DNA of 64,000 bases, from the IMG/VR virus record IMGVR_UViG_3300027740_000003, positions 371,005 to 435,004 of that record; one strand, 5' to 3'. The notes under the pieces were generated by a model that was given only the letters and a program-made list of their open reading frames with translations, was not told the origin of the DNA and searched no databases. Below, piece by piece: positions 57,255-64,000 of the stretch (its first letter is position 1; every line of letters starts with the position of its first letter). The position numbers and the translations under genes are program-made. This DNA comes from a virus (lineage: Duplodnaviria; Caudoviricetes).

Positions 57255-57742
57255 TCTATGATGTCCTTTATCATTGCACAGTCATAATAATAGTTTAAAT
57301 TGTTTTTAATTTTATTTAAATCTTCTAATCTTTTCTGTTTTTCATTATAAAATTCTATTAGTTTTTTATTATTTTTCAAATTTTCATTTTGTTTTAATTT
57401 CTTTTCAATTTTATCAACAAAACATTGCGAATTATCTTTCCAAAGTGAAATTAAATACAAAAACAAATCTTTTGACATACATTTTATAGCAGAAAGATTT
57501 GGTTTATCTGGGTCATTATTTTGAAAAATAGTATCCATATAAATTATGGATGAAAAATCTTTGTTTAAATGGTTTTCGCCATCATAACTCATAAAATTTT
57601 CTAAAGATCCTAAAATGCCACCATTAAAATGTTTTAACAAATTTTGTATATCTGGCAATAAATGTAGTTTGTCATCATCGATTCCAATAAGATCGTTAGA
57701 ATCTAAACTATACTCTGTTATTCTAGTTAACCAAATGATCAT
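57251..57742 (-). CDS. MIKDIIE-tail protein
   Basis: Ends YYDCAMIKDIIE; paralogue of 57739-58206. Confidence 0.85.
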   Translation of the reverse strand: MIIWLTRITEYSLDSNDLIGIDDDKLHLLPDIQNLLKHFNGGILGSLENFMSYDGENHLNKDFSSIIYMDTIFQNNDPDKPNLSAIKCMSKDLFLYLISLWKDNSQCFVDKIEKKLKQNENLKNNKKLIEFYNEKQKRLEDLNKIKNNLNYYYDCAMIKDIIE

Positions 57743-58206
57743 TCTATGATTCCTTTTATCATTAATTCGTCGTAATATTTGTCTACATTGTTTTCAATTT
57801 TGTTTAAATCTTCTAAGAATTTTTTATAATAGGTATAACATACCAAAAAAATATCATCTTCCTCATCTTTTTTATTTATTTTATATAAATAAAGTTCTTT
57901 CCACAATGAAATCATATATATAAACAGTCTTTTAGACATATATTGTAATAACTCATATCTTGGCTCAGAAATATCTGACTTATCAAATATGTCTTCATAA
58001 TGAATTACATATACCAAATTTACAAATTGATTGCTTCCATCATAACTAGTGAATTTTTCTATAAGACCAAGAATTTCTCCGCCATGAACTTCTTTACAAT
58101 CTCCCGTATTTTCTAAATAATAATTTAAATCTGATAATAAATCAATTTTATCATCGTCAAATTTAACCAAATAATATTCAATTTCTTTTCTTAAATAGAC
58201 AATCAT
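57739..58206 (-). CDS. MIKDIIE-tail protein
   Basis: Ends YYDELMIKGIIE. Confidence 0.85.
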   Translation of the reverse strand: MIVYLRKEIEYYLVKFDDDKIDLLSDLNYYLENTGDCKEVHGGEILGLIEKFTSYDGSNQFVNLVYVIHYEDIFDKSDISEPRYELLQYMSKRLFIYMISLWKELYLYKINKKDEEDDIFLVCYTYYKKFLEDLNKIENNVDKYYDELMIKGIIE

Positions 58207-58613
58207 TCGATTATATTCCTTATCATTATTTCGTCATATACAAGGTTTATTTTGTTTTCAGACAAATATTTACTAATTATTTTTAATTTACAACTATCAT
58301 TTTTAAATTTAATTTTCCACTGTTTTACCAAATAATTAATCAATTTTTTCGGGAGCCAATAAAAATGATAATCTGTTTCAAATGCCGAAGGATCAAACAA
58401 ATCTTCAATTTTTTTATAGAACTTATTCTTTCTCAATGATTTTATTTTAAATTCATTATTTGGAATAATAGCATAAATTGTATTATAATACGATTTGATA
58501 AATTCAAAATTTTCTATTTCGTCTGGAATCTCTAAAAATCTTGGAACAAACCATTCATAATTATGTTCAATATGCTCCGTTGATATGTTATTTTCTTTGT
58601 AAATTACAATCAT
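58203..58613 (-). CDS. MIKDIIE-tail protein
   Basis: Ends VYDEIMIRNIIE. Confidence 0.85.
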   Translation of the reverse strand: MIVIYKENNISTEHIEHNYEWFVPRFLEIPDEIENFEFIKSYYNTIYAIIPNNEFKIKSLRKNKFYKKIEDLFDPSAFETDYHFYWLPKKLINYLVKQWKIKFKNDSCKLKIISKYLSENKINLVYDEIMIRNIIE

Positions 58614-58798
58614 TCGATTATGTCTTTTATTAATAAATTACTCATTATCTCTTCTTCAAATTCTTTATAATTAGGACAATACATTATAACGTTTAAATTA
58701 TATTTGCTTAATTTAATTGCTTCTAGTTGAACTTTCAATGTTGGGTTCCTAATATATTTTATTATTGGAGGGTGTTTTCTAACAATACGCAATTGCAA
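58610..58798 (-). CDS. MIKDIIE-tail protein, probably 5'-truncated
   Basis: No ATG; NPSEELQ and NPTLKVQ repeats as in 20253-20723; ends SNLLIKDIIE. Confidence 0.65.
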   Translation of the reverse strand: MQLRIVRKHPPIIKYIRNPTLKVQLEAIKLSKYNLNVIMYCPNYKEFEEEIMSNLLIKDIIE

Positions 58799-58824
58799 TT
58801 CTTCTGATGGGTTTAAACCAACCT

Positions 58825-58853
58825 AAAATCACCTAGACCAACACCATTGTCAA
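58825..58853 (-). promoter_or_regulatory. weaker sigma70-type promoter
   Basis: TTGACA-N17-GATTTT. Confidence 0.4.
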
Positions 58854-58947
58854 GGAGAAATAATTTTAAAAAATCCTCTTCGTCATTTGGATTATATCCC
58901 AAATGTTTCACTATCTTTTGTTCCAAGGAATTATTTGCCATATATAC

Positions 58948-59478
58948 ATGACCGATTTAGAAGAGAAAAATCCAATTGATTTATATTTTGATATGCGAGA
59001 AGGAAGAGTAAAGTTAGCTCAGAAAGAAATGGAAGAAAAATCTGATGCCCCACGAATACTTTGCGCCTATCTCGGCCTGCTACGTACTATGGTCCTTGTC
59101 TTCCAAAATAGCCACTGGAAGTGCCAATGTCCAGCCTTCTACGGCAACCATCTGCTTTTTGAAAGAATCTACAATGATGCCGCAGAGTTAACTGATGCCA
59201 TGGCAGAAAAATTAATTGGATTATTTGGTAATGATGCTTTGAATCATGCAGAGCAAATTGAATTGATTGCTGGATTCTATAAAAAATATATTAGCGATAA
59301 TCATATTGAGAATAGCTTGAATATATCTAAAGACTTTATCAAAGCAGCCGACGACACTTATCAACGAATTAAAGAAATGGGGAATATGACCCTTGGTCTG
59401 GATGATATGATCATGGCCCAGAGTAGCAAAGTAGAAGAATTCATTTATCTATTGACACAGGTTTCCGGAACACCATAA
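58948..59478 (+). CDS. Dps/ferritin-like protein (only credible plus-strand gene)
   Basis: SHWKCQCPAFYGNHLLFERIY...DAMAEK matches the Dps HW...H..F..Y...D.xAE pattern; start refined to ATG 58948. Confidence 0.8.
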   Translation: MTDLEEKNPIDLYFDMREGRVKLAQKEMEEKSDAPRILCAYLGLLRTMVLVFQNSHWKCQCPAFYGNHLLFERIYNDAAELTDAMAEKLIGLFGNDALNHAEQIELIAGFYKKYISDNHIENSLNISKDFIKAADDTYQRIKEMGNMTLGLDDMIMAQSSKVEEFIYLLTQVSGTP

Positions 59479-59669
59479 GCAGAAATAGTAAATAGTTTCC
59501 CACACTTAGGACATTCATAAACAATTGTTGTTTGACCCATAGTTAGCAACTTCAATGTATCTATTGTTCCTTTGACTGTAAAGGTATGATGATTTGGACT
59601 AGCCACAATAACATCTTGTTTTATCCAATCTTTATGATTGCACAATAGTTTTTTGATTATACTAATCAT
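59445..59669 (-). CDS. small Zn-ribbon protein
   Basis: LCNHKDW...YECPKCGK. Confidence 0.6.
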   Translation of the reverse strand: MISIIKKLLCNHKDWIKQDVIVASPNHHTFTVKGTIDTLKLLTMGQTTIVYECPKCGKLFTISAYGVPETCVNR

Positions 59670-60069
59670 TTTTATTTCTTTCTTTGTCTGCCAATTCTTC
59701 TAGCCATTCATTGTATTTTGCCAAATCTTTTTCATACTTGTGTTGTTTAATGTTATATTTTTTAATGGAATTAATATATAATTCTCTCTCCGATTTATAA
59801 TTTTCATCTTTTAATTTATGAACAATTCTAGCAGAAGGATATTCTCCACCATTCTCATCAGCTTTTAATATTGGCTCAATAAAAATATTTGAAGCTAAAT
59901 TTTCTTCTATTTCATTAATATCATTGTTTGATGTATATTTTGCTCGAATTTCATTTAATAATTCTTTTAACGAAAGAGGACAAGGGATTTCTGTATATAT
60001 TTCTATTTCAAAAAATTCTTTAGGACAAACCATTAGTTCAGATTTTTCTGGCGGAATTGGCTTTTTCAT
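59662..60069 (-). CDS. hypothetical protein
   Basis: 135 aa. Confidence 0.6.
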   Translation of the reverse strand: MKKPIPPEKSELMVCPKEFFEIEIYTEIPCPLSLKELLNEIRAKYTSNNDINEIEENLASNIFIEPILKADENGGEYPSARIVHKLKDENYKSERELYINSIKKYNIKQHKYEKDLAKYNEWLEELADKERNKND

Positions 60070-60434
60070 TCAATGATGTCCTTTATAGATTTTTCTGTTG
60101 CCGTCAATTTATTGTTTTGATACATTTCTTTTATATCATTTATTTTTAATAAAATAAAATCTCCAGAAATACCAGGAAGCTCATCCCAATAATTTTGACT
60201 ATTTTCGCTATAAACAAGCCAATCGTTGGATTTAATAAACTGCGGATTGTTAATTTTTAAAAAATTTGAACTAAAATTTACAAATTCCCCAGATATTGTA
60301 ATGTCATCCAAAACAGCAGTAATCATTTTCCCAATAAGCGGTACGAATAATTTTTCATTGCTAACTTTTCCTAAAGAAATAGCCAGAGAAAAGCCTTCCC
60401 CAGCATCATTCTGTGATGGTTTGTTATTTCCCAT
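60066..60434 (-). CDS. MIKDIIE-tail protein with Sm-like core
   Basis: LIGKMITAVLDD...GEFVNF; ends LTATEKSIKDIIE. Confidence 0.8.
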   Translation of the reverse strand: MGNNKPSQNDAGEGFSLAISLGKVSNEKLFVPLIGKMITAVLDDITISGEFVNFSSNFLKINNPQFIKSNDWLVYSENSQNYWDELPGISGDFILLKINDIKEMYQNNKLTATEKSIKDIIE

Positions 60435-60438
60435 TCTA

Positions 60439-60861
60439 TTATTTGGTCCAATACGTAGTAAATCCTCTTGTCCCTTCAGTCCGGAGCCCCTTTTCTCCTT
60501 TTGAAGCCGTCCATTCTTTGCTCATTACATGAAGTAATGTGCTCAGAACCTTAGGATTAATATCATGTTTCGCATTAGCAAGGAATTCTCGAATCTCCCT
60601 CACCGTCATTCCTGGCTTGGCAAATACAGCTGCTGTAATCGCCTCTCTGTGGCCTTTTGACCCAGGCACTGGACCTACACCCTTCTTGGCCTGGCGAGGC
60701 TTTGTAGAGGCAGCCAGGGCCTGAGAATTGCTATTAAGCTGTTCTAGGGCTTTTTTAATTTCTGCTGTCTGGGCTTCAGAAGAAGCTAACGCAGCCGTAA
60801 GTTTATAAATAGCCAAATTGCGAATATCAGGATCATTAAAAATAGAAATTAGGTCAACCAT
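60439..60861 (-). CDS. putative winged-helix DNA-binding protein
   Basis: PGMTVREIREFL...KVLSTLLHVM; start refined to ATG 60861. Confidence 0.6.
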   Translation of the reverse strand: MVDLISIFNDPDIRNLAIYKLTAALASSEAQTAEIKKALEQLNSNSQALAASTKPRQAKKGVGPVPGSKGHREAITAAVFAKPGMTVREIREFLANAKHDINPKVLSTLLHVMSKEWTASKGEKGLRTEGTRGFTTYWTK

Positions 60862-60887
60862 TGTTATTCCTCTCAAGATCGAGAGAC

Positions 60888-60916
60888 AGCATATGCATTT
60901 CTAGTAGGCTTGTCAA
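60888..60916 (-). promoter_or_regulatory. sigma70-type promoter
   Basis: TTGACA-N17-TATGCT; the -35 TGA is the upstream stop. Confidence 0.75.
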
Positions 60917-61347
60917 GCCCGGTGCTTGGTAGCAGAGATTTGTAGTTCTTCCTCGCCAACATCTGCTATAAATATTAGAAACACAAGTTCTTGTGAACAG
61001 TCTAATGTTAAATCAGCTTGTATTTTGCCAACAAAAAATTTTCTAGGAGATCTATTTTCTTCTCCAATATCTTCGAATCTTTCTTCTAATTCTACAGCTA
61101 TATTATTATGTCTCGAATATGTTTTCTTTTTATTATTAGAATAATATTTAAATATATTTGTAAATTCTGGACAAGTTAAAGGAGCAATGTGAAGTTGTTT
61201 TAATTCTCCTTCAAGGAAAACCAGGAAAGCTTGTCCTTTAGCAAAGTTTAAAGTTCCATTGAACTGTAGTTTTCCTATGTAATATGTTTGCCCATCTCTA
61301 TCTTCTTTGGGAAGTAATCCTATTTTTATTGGATGCATATAGTTCAC
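60913..61347 (-). CDS. hypothetical protein with internal duplication
   Basis: YYIGKLQFNGTLNFAKGQAFLVF vs FFVGKIQADLTLDCSQELVFLIF. Confidence 0.7.
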   Translation of the reverse strand: MNYMHPIKIGLLPKEDRDGQTYYIGKLQFNGTLNFAKGQAFLVFLEGELKQLHIAPLTCPEFTNIFKYYSNNKKKTYSRHNNIAVELEERFEDIGEENRSPRKFFVGKIQADLTLDCSQELVFLIFIADVGEEELQISATKHRA

Positions 61348-61598
61348 TCTATTATGTCTTTTATCATTGCTTCGTCTTCAGTTATACATGTCTCAACACT
61401 TTCAATTATATTAAACAATGCATTTAATATATCTAAATCAACATGATCAAGCTGACTCAACTTATCTAAATTGTCGTAATCAACATTTTTACTGTCAATT
61501 AGTTCTTGAATTAATTCTGATAATTTTTTCTTGCAATTAATACATACGGGTTCCATTTTACCAATATTAACAGGCATTTTATGATTAATTCTTTTCAT
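61344..61598 (-). CDS. MIKDIIE-tail protein, Zn-type
   Basis: NHKM...CINC...CITEDEAMIKDIIE. Confidence 0.85.
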   Translation of the reverse strand: MKRINHKMPVNIGKMEPVCINCKKKLSELIQELIDSKNVDYDNLDKLSQLDHVDLDILNALFNIIESVETCITEDEAMIKDIIE

Positions 61599-61861
61599 TC
61601 AATTAAGTCTTTTATCATCAATTCGTCTTCGGACAAACATCCTTTATGATGGTTCTCCACGTAATTAATTTGGACATTAACTGATGAATCAGAAGAAATG
61701 GTTTTCAATATAGGATCACTTGCCCATTGATTCCATATCCTCATATCAGTTGAATCAACAAGCTCAATGTATAGTTGATCTAAACTTTTCCCGCAGTTTA
61801 TGCATTTGTAATTAACGAATGTTTCATATGTCTTTTGAATATTATGTTTCACCCAATTCAT
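61595..61861 (-). CDS. MIKDIIE-tail protein, Zn-type
   Basis: KHNI...CINC...CLSEDELMIKDLIE. Confidence 0.85.
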   Translation of the reverse strand: MNWVKHNIQKTYETFVNYKCINCGKSLDQLYIELVDSTDMRIWNQWASDPILKTISSDSSVNVQINYVENHHKGCLSEDELMIKDLIE

Positions 61862-62148
61862 TGTATAATATCCTTGATAATTATCTCATCACAAGTAAGG
61901 TTTTTGTTAGTTGCGGAATCAGGAATTATTCCCTCACCATAATCTGTTGCTTTAATTTTGCAATTTTTGCATTTATAATAAATTGTTCTGGGTTCGTGAT
62001 GAACTTCGGCGGTAGAATCACTACGTCGAATAAAGAATTTTCTGCCACCAGATACTTTTACTGGCTCCCAATCATGTCCATAACTGTCCTTTCCCGATTG
62101 ATTTGGATAATTTTTAAGATAATCTTTCCAGGTTTGTGGCTGCTTCAC
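61858..62148 (-). CDS. MIKDIIE-tail protein, Zn-type
   Basis: GHDW...CKNC...TCDEIIIKDIIQ. Confidence 0.85.
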   Translation of the reverse strand: MKQPQTWKDYLKNYPNQSGKDSYGHDWEPVKVSGGRKFFIRRSDSTAEVHHEPRTIYYKCKNCKIKATDYGEGIIPDSATNKNLTCDEIIIKDIIQ

Positions 62149-62166
62149 ATTATAATATATAACAGA

Positions 62167-62529
62167 TCAAATGCAATCATATATTATTTTATAATTTTCT
62201 TTTCCATCATGTTGAGTTATAACCGCATAACAATCATCAGGAATTTCTATTACACAAAGATTCATAGCCCCACCTAAATATGGTTGTTCCTCTTTTTTCA
62301 ATCCAAATTCCTTCTCTAGATCTTTTTCTAATTGTTTCAATATAGGTTCGTCTGCGTCAATATCATTAGGCACAAATATATAATAACCAAGCCTTCTAAA
62401 ATAGTTTTTATCTTCTTCTAGTTTATCTATGATTGGTTGGTATGTTGCAATATATCTAGCAAGTTTAGTATTGCTACATTCTGAGCTCCAACCGGCTCCA
62501 TAAGAATTGGTAATAAGTATTTTTCTCAT
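62167..62529 (-). CDS. hypothetical protein
   Basis: ILITNSYGAGWSS...HDGKE. Confidence 0.7.
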   Translation of the reverse strand: MRKILITNSYGAGWSSECSNTKLARYIATYQPIIDKLEEDKNYFRRLGYYIFVPNDIDADEPILKQLEKDLEKEFGLKKEEQPYLGGAMNLCVIEIPDDCYAVITQHDGKENYKIIYDCI

Positions 62530-62858
62530 GACATTCCGAAATGTACCAATTGTTTTATACAGTCAGGTTTGCTACAACTAATTGGCCTGACAATGTTTTC
62601 AACTATTTCTAAATGAAACCATTCTATTTCTTTACAGTTGGGAGTAAATCCTTCATCAATTTCCTCAATAACAAAGTATATATCATTGCCTTTTGTGATG
62701 TCGGTGTAATATTCTTCCCACCACCAACCAGTAGATAAAGTAAAATCTTTTGCATCATTAATAGAAAACCAATAACCGCGAGTTTCTACTTTGGAATCAA
62801 ATAAAGGATCGGTATTAGGTTTTATATATACTTGTGATATTACAAAAATGCTGCTCAT
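62526..62858 (-). CDS. hypothetical protein
   Basis: 110 aa, ATGA-coupled. Confidence 0.65.
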   Translation of the reverse strand: MSSIFVISQVYIKPNTDPLFDSKVETRGYWFSINDAKDFTLSTGWWWEEYYTDITKGNDIYFVIEEIDEGFTPNCKEIEWFHLEIVENIVRPISCSKPDCIKQLVHFGMS

Positions 62859-63037
62859 AGTTGAAAATACCTATATATAGTGAAAAGCAAAACGGCTACT
62901 GAAATTATATATGCAACTATATGTAAAGGTACGGTTTCAGCCAGGTTTAAAGCCCCTACTAACTCTTCTAATATTTGCCACAACAAACCACAAATAGCAA
63001 CTAAAACAGAAATTATACAAAGAAGAACTGTTGTCAT
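62855..63037 (-). CDS. small membrane protein
   Basis: Two hydrophobic helices. Confidence 0.6.
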   Translation of the reverse strand: MTTVLLCIISVLVAICGLLWQILEELVGALNLAETVPLHIVAYIISVAVLLFTIYRYFQL

Positions 63038-63225
63038 TTGTGCTCCGGCGGAATTTCATTTAAATACTTGAGACCGAACAGCTTTGTTATTATCTTTTCT
63101 AACCAACTAGGTTTGGAGCAGATTGAACATTCATTAGTATAACTGGTTGTTATACCATTACTATTTCTGAATATCCTTGTACCACCCGCTCTGTGCGGGC
63201 AGGAATATATTTCAACCGTTCCCAT
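63034..63225 (-). CDS. hypothetical protein
   Basis: 63 aa. Confidence 0.5.
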   Translation of the reverse strand: MGTVEIYSCPHRAGGTRIFRNSNGITTSYTNECSICSKPSWLEKIITKLFGLKYLNEIPPEHK

Positions 63226-63376
63226 TATCTTTGTTCTTTTCTAGATCGTGTGGTGTAGTAAAATATACTCTAGGGCCCTCGACAACCCGTATGAAGTATG
63301 ATGGATATTTGTGTTCTCTAACTCTTTTTAGAGTTTCATCAACTTCTTCTAATATCTTTTTTAATTTCGGACTCAT
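63212..63376 (-). CDS. small hypothetical protein (not in track)
   Basis: 54 aa MSPKLKKILEEVDETLKEL...; fills the gap with an ATGA overlap. Confidence 0.5.
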   Translation of the reverse strand: MSPKLKKILEEVDETLKRVREHKYPSYFIRVVEGPRVYFTTPHDLEKNKDNGNG

Positions 63377-63603
63377 TTAGCATAACCTTCTCGTCTAGCT
63401 TTCTCAAGAAGGTCTTCTGTTCTAGCATTATTTCTAATCCTATCAGAATATACAGCTCCGCCTTTTACTTCAGTAAGCCAAACCGTATTTCTTTCACCAA
63501 CTGTTTCATCCATTACTTCGACCCATCCTTTTTCAGGACGCCAAGTATAGATCAAACCTTCGAATCTCGTGCCGTCTTTAAACTCAATATCAATTGCAAA
63601 CAT
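63373..63603 (-). CDS. hypothetical protein
   Basis: 76 aa. Confidence 0.6.
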   Translation of the reverse strand: MFAIDIEFKDGTRFEGLIYTWRPEKGWVEVMDETVGERNTVWLTEVKGGAVYSDRIRNNARTEDLLEKARREGYAK

Positions 63604-63616
63604 GTGTTTTCCTTTT

Positions 63617-64000
63617 TTAGAACCCTCTTAACAAAGCTACTCTTCCAAATGGTGGTTTGAAATTTTTGTTTTCTGATGTTATTACCCAGAGAACATCGAC
63701 ACCAGGATCTTTTAACTCAGTATCGAAAAGATAACCATCAGTCATGATGATCATCATGTCAACTTCTTCTCGGATATATTTTCTCCAATTGGTTAATAGG
63801 TCGGAAATTACGGTGCCTCCCCTGCCGTGGATGCTTATATTCGGCAAATCATTCATTCCTTGAATCTTTGTTGCTTTGTCCCAATACACTTGTGCATCCC
63901 AACAAACAACAGTTCCTTCAGACCTACCGTCTAGGCATTTCAATTGACTTACTCCGTAAGCCATATCTTCTCTAGTCATGGAGCCAGACGTATCAAGGCC
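63617..64000 (-). CDS. second DUF2201-type VWA protein, C-terminal part (runs off window end)
   Basis: Frame open to the edge: GLDTSGSM (MIDAS), GRGGT, IMTDGY, VLWVIT. Confidence 0.85.
   Translation of the reverse strand, partial: GLDTSGSMTREDMAYGVSQLKCLDGRSEGTVVCWDAQVYWDKATKIQGMNDLPNISIHGRGGTVISDLLTNWRKYIREEVDMMIIMTDGYLFDTELKDPGVDVLWVITSENKNFKPPFGRVALLRGF

Noticed and set aside
7282-62148. TATAAT inside many tails (GGA TATAAT AGA ATG) as a repeated promoter
   Set aside because: No -35 at 17 nt, only about 3 nt to the next ATG, and many copies lose TATAAT while keeping DIIE.
7282-62148. Tail arrays as integron cassettes, CRISPR or DGR variable repeats
   Set aside because: The repeats are coding, degenerate and non-palindromic with no attC-like structure. 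No integrase, cas gene or reverse transcriptase is in the window, and variation is not adenine-specific. A distant recombinase cannot be excluded.
433-63380. About 60 plus-strand ORFs in the track
   Set aside because: They lie antisense to convincing minus-strand genes and show no motifs; treated as shadow ORFs. Only the Dps-like gene is accepted.
1-64000. tRNA, rRNA or CRISPR genes in intergenic gaps
   Set aside because: No cloverleaf or T-loop signature and no regularly spaced identical repeats were seen by eye; tRNAscan-SE, Infernal and a CRISPR finder should confirm.

Overview
This is an AT-rich, very gene-dense segment with about 150 ORFs, all but one credible gene on the minus strand. 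It reads as part of a large (jumbo/huge) bacteriophage genome; that assignment is inferred from gene content, and no capsid or terminase gene lies in the window. Recognisable genes: dUTPase, two orphan DNA methyltransferases, three HNH nucleases, ribosomal protein bS21, topoisomerase IA, ClpP, DksA/TraR, split CoaC/CoaB, an FtsK motor, two HU-like proteins, NADAR, two RNA-ligase-like nucleotidyltransferases, two metallophosphoesterases, a MoxR-type AAA+/VWA pair, a Dps-like ferritin and a possible Zn-ribbon sigma-like factor. The dominant unexplained structure is a set of 47 small ORFs by hand count (45 intact, 2 disrupted) in about 10 tandem arrays. Their N-terminal domains belong to several unrelated families, but all end in the same C-terminal tail, consensus [LI][TS]xDExxI[KR]DII[EQ]-stop ('MIKDIIE'). 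The tail DNA usually also supplies a GGA Shine-Dalgarno-like core and a stop/start overlap for the next gene. It looks like a portable peptide tag combined with a gene-junction module. Other signals are TTGACA-N17 promoters (several using the upstream TGA stop as part of the -35 box, two giving leaderless starts), a GATC-dense non-coding region (possible origin) and several genes broken by single lesions. No rRNA, tRNA, CRISPR array, integrase or reverse transcriptase was recognised. All counts and alignments were done by eye.
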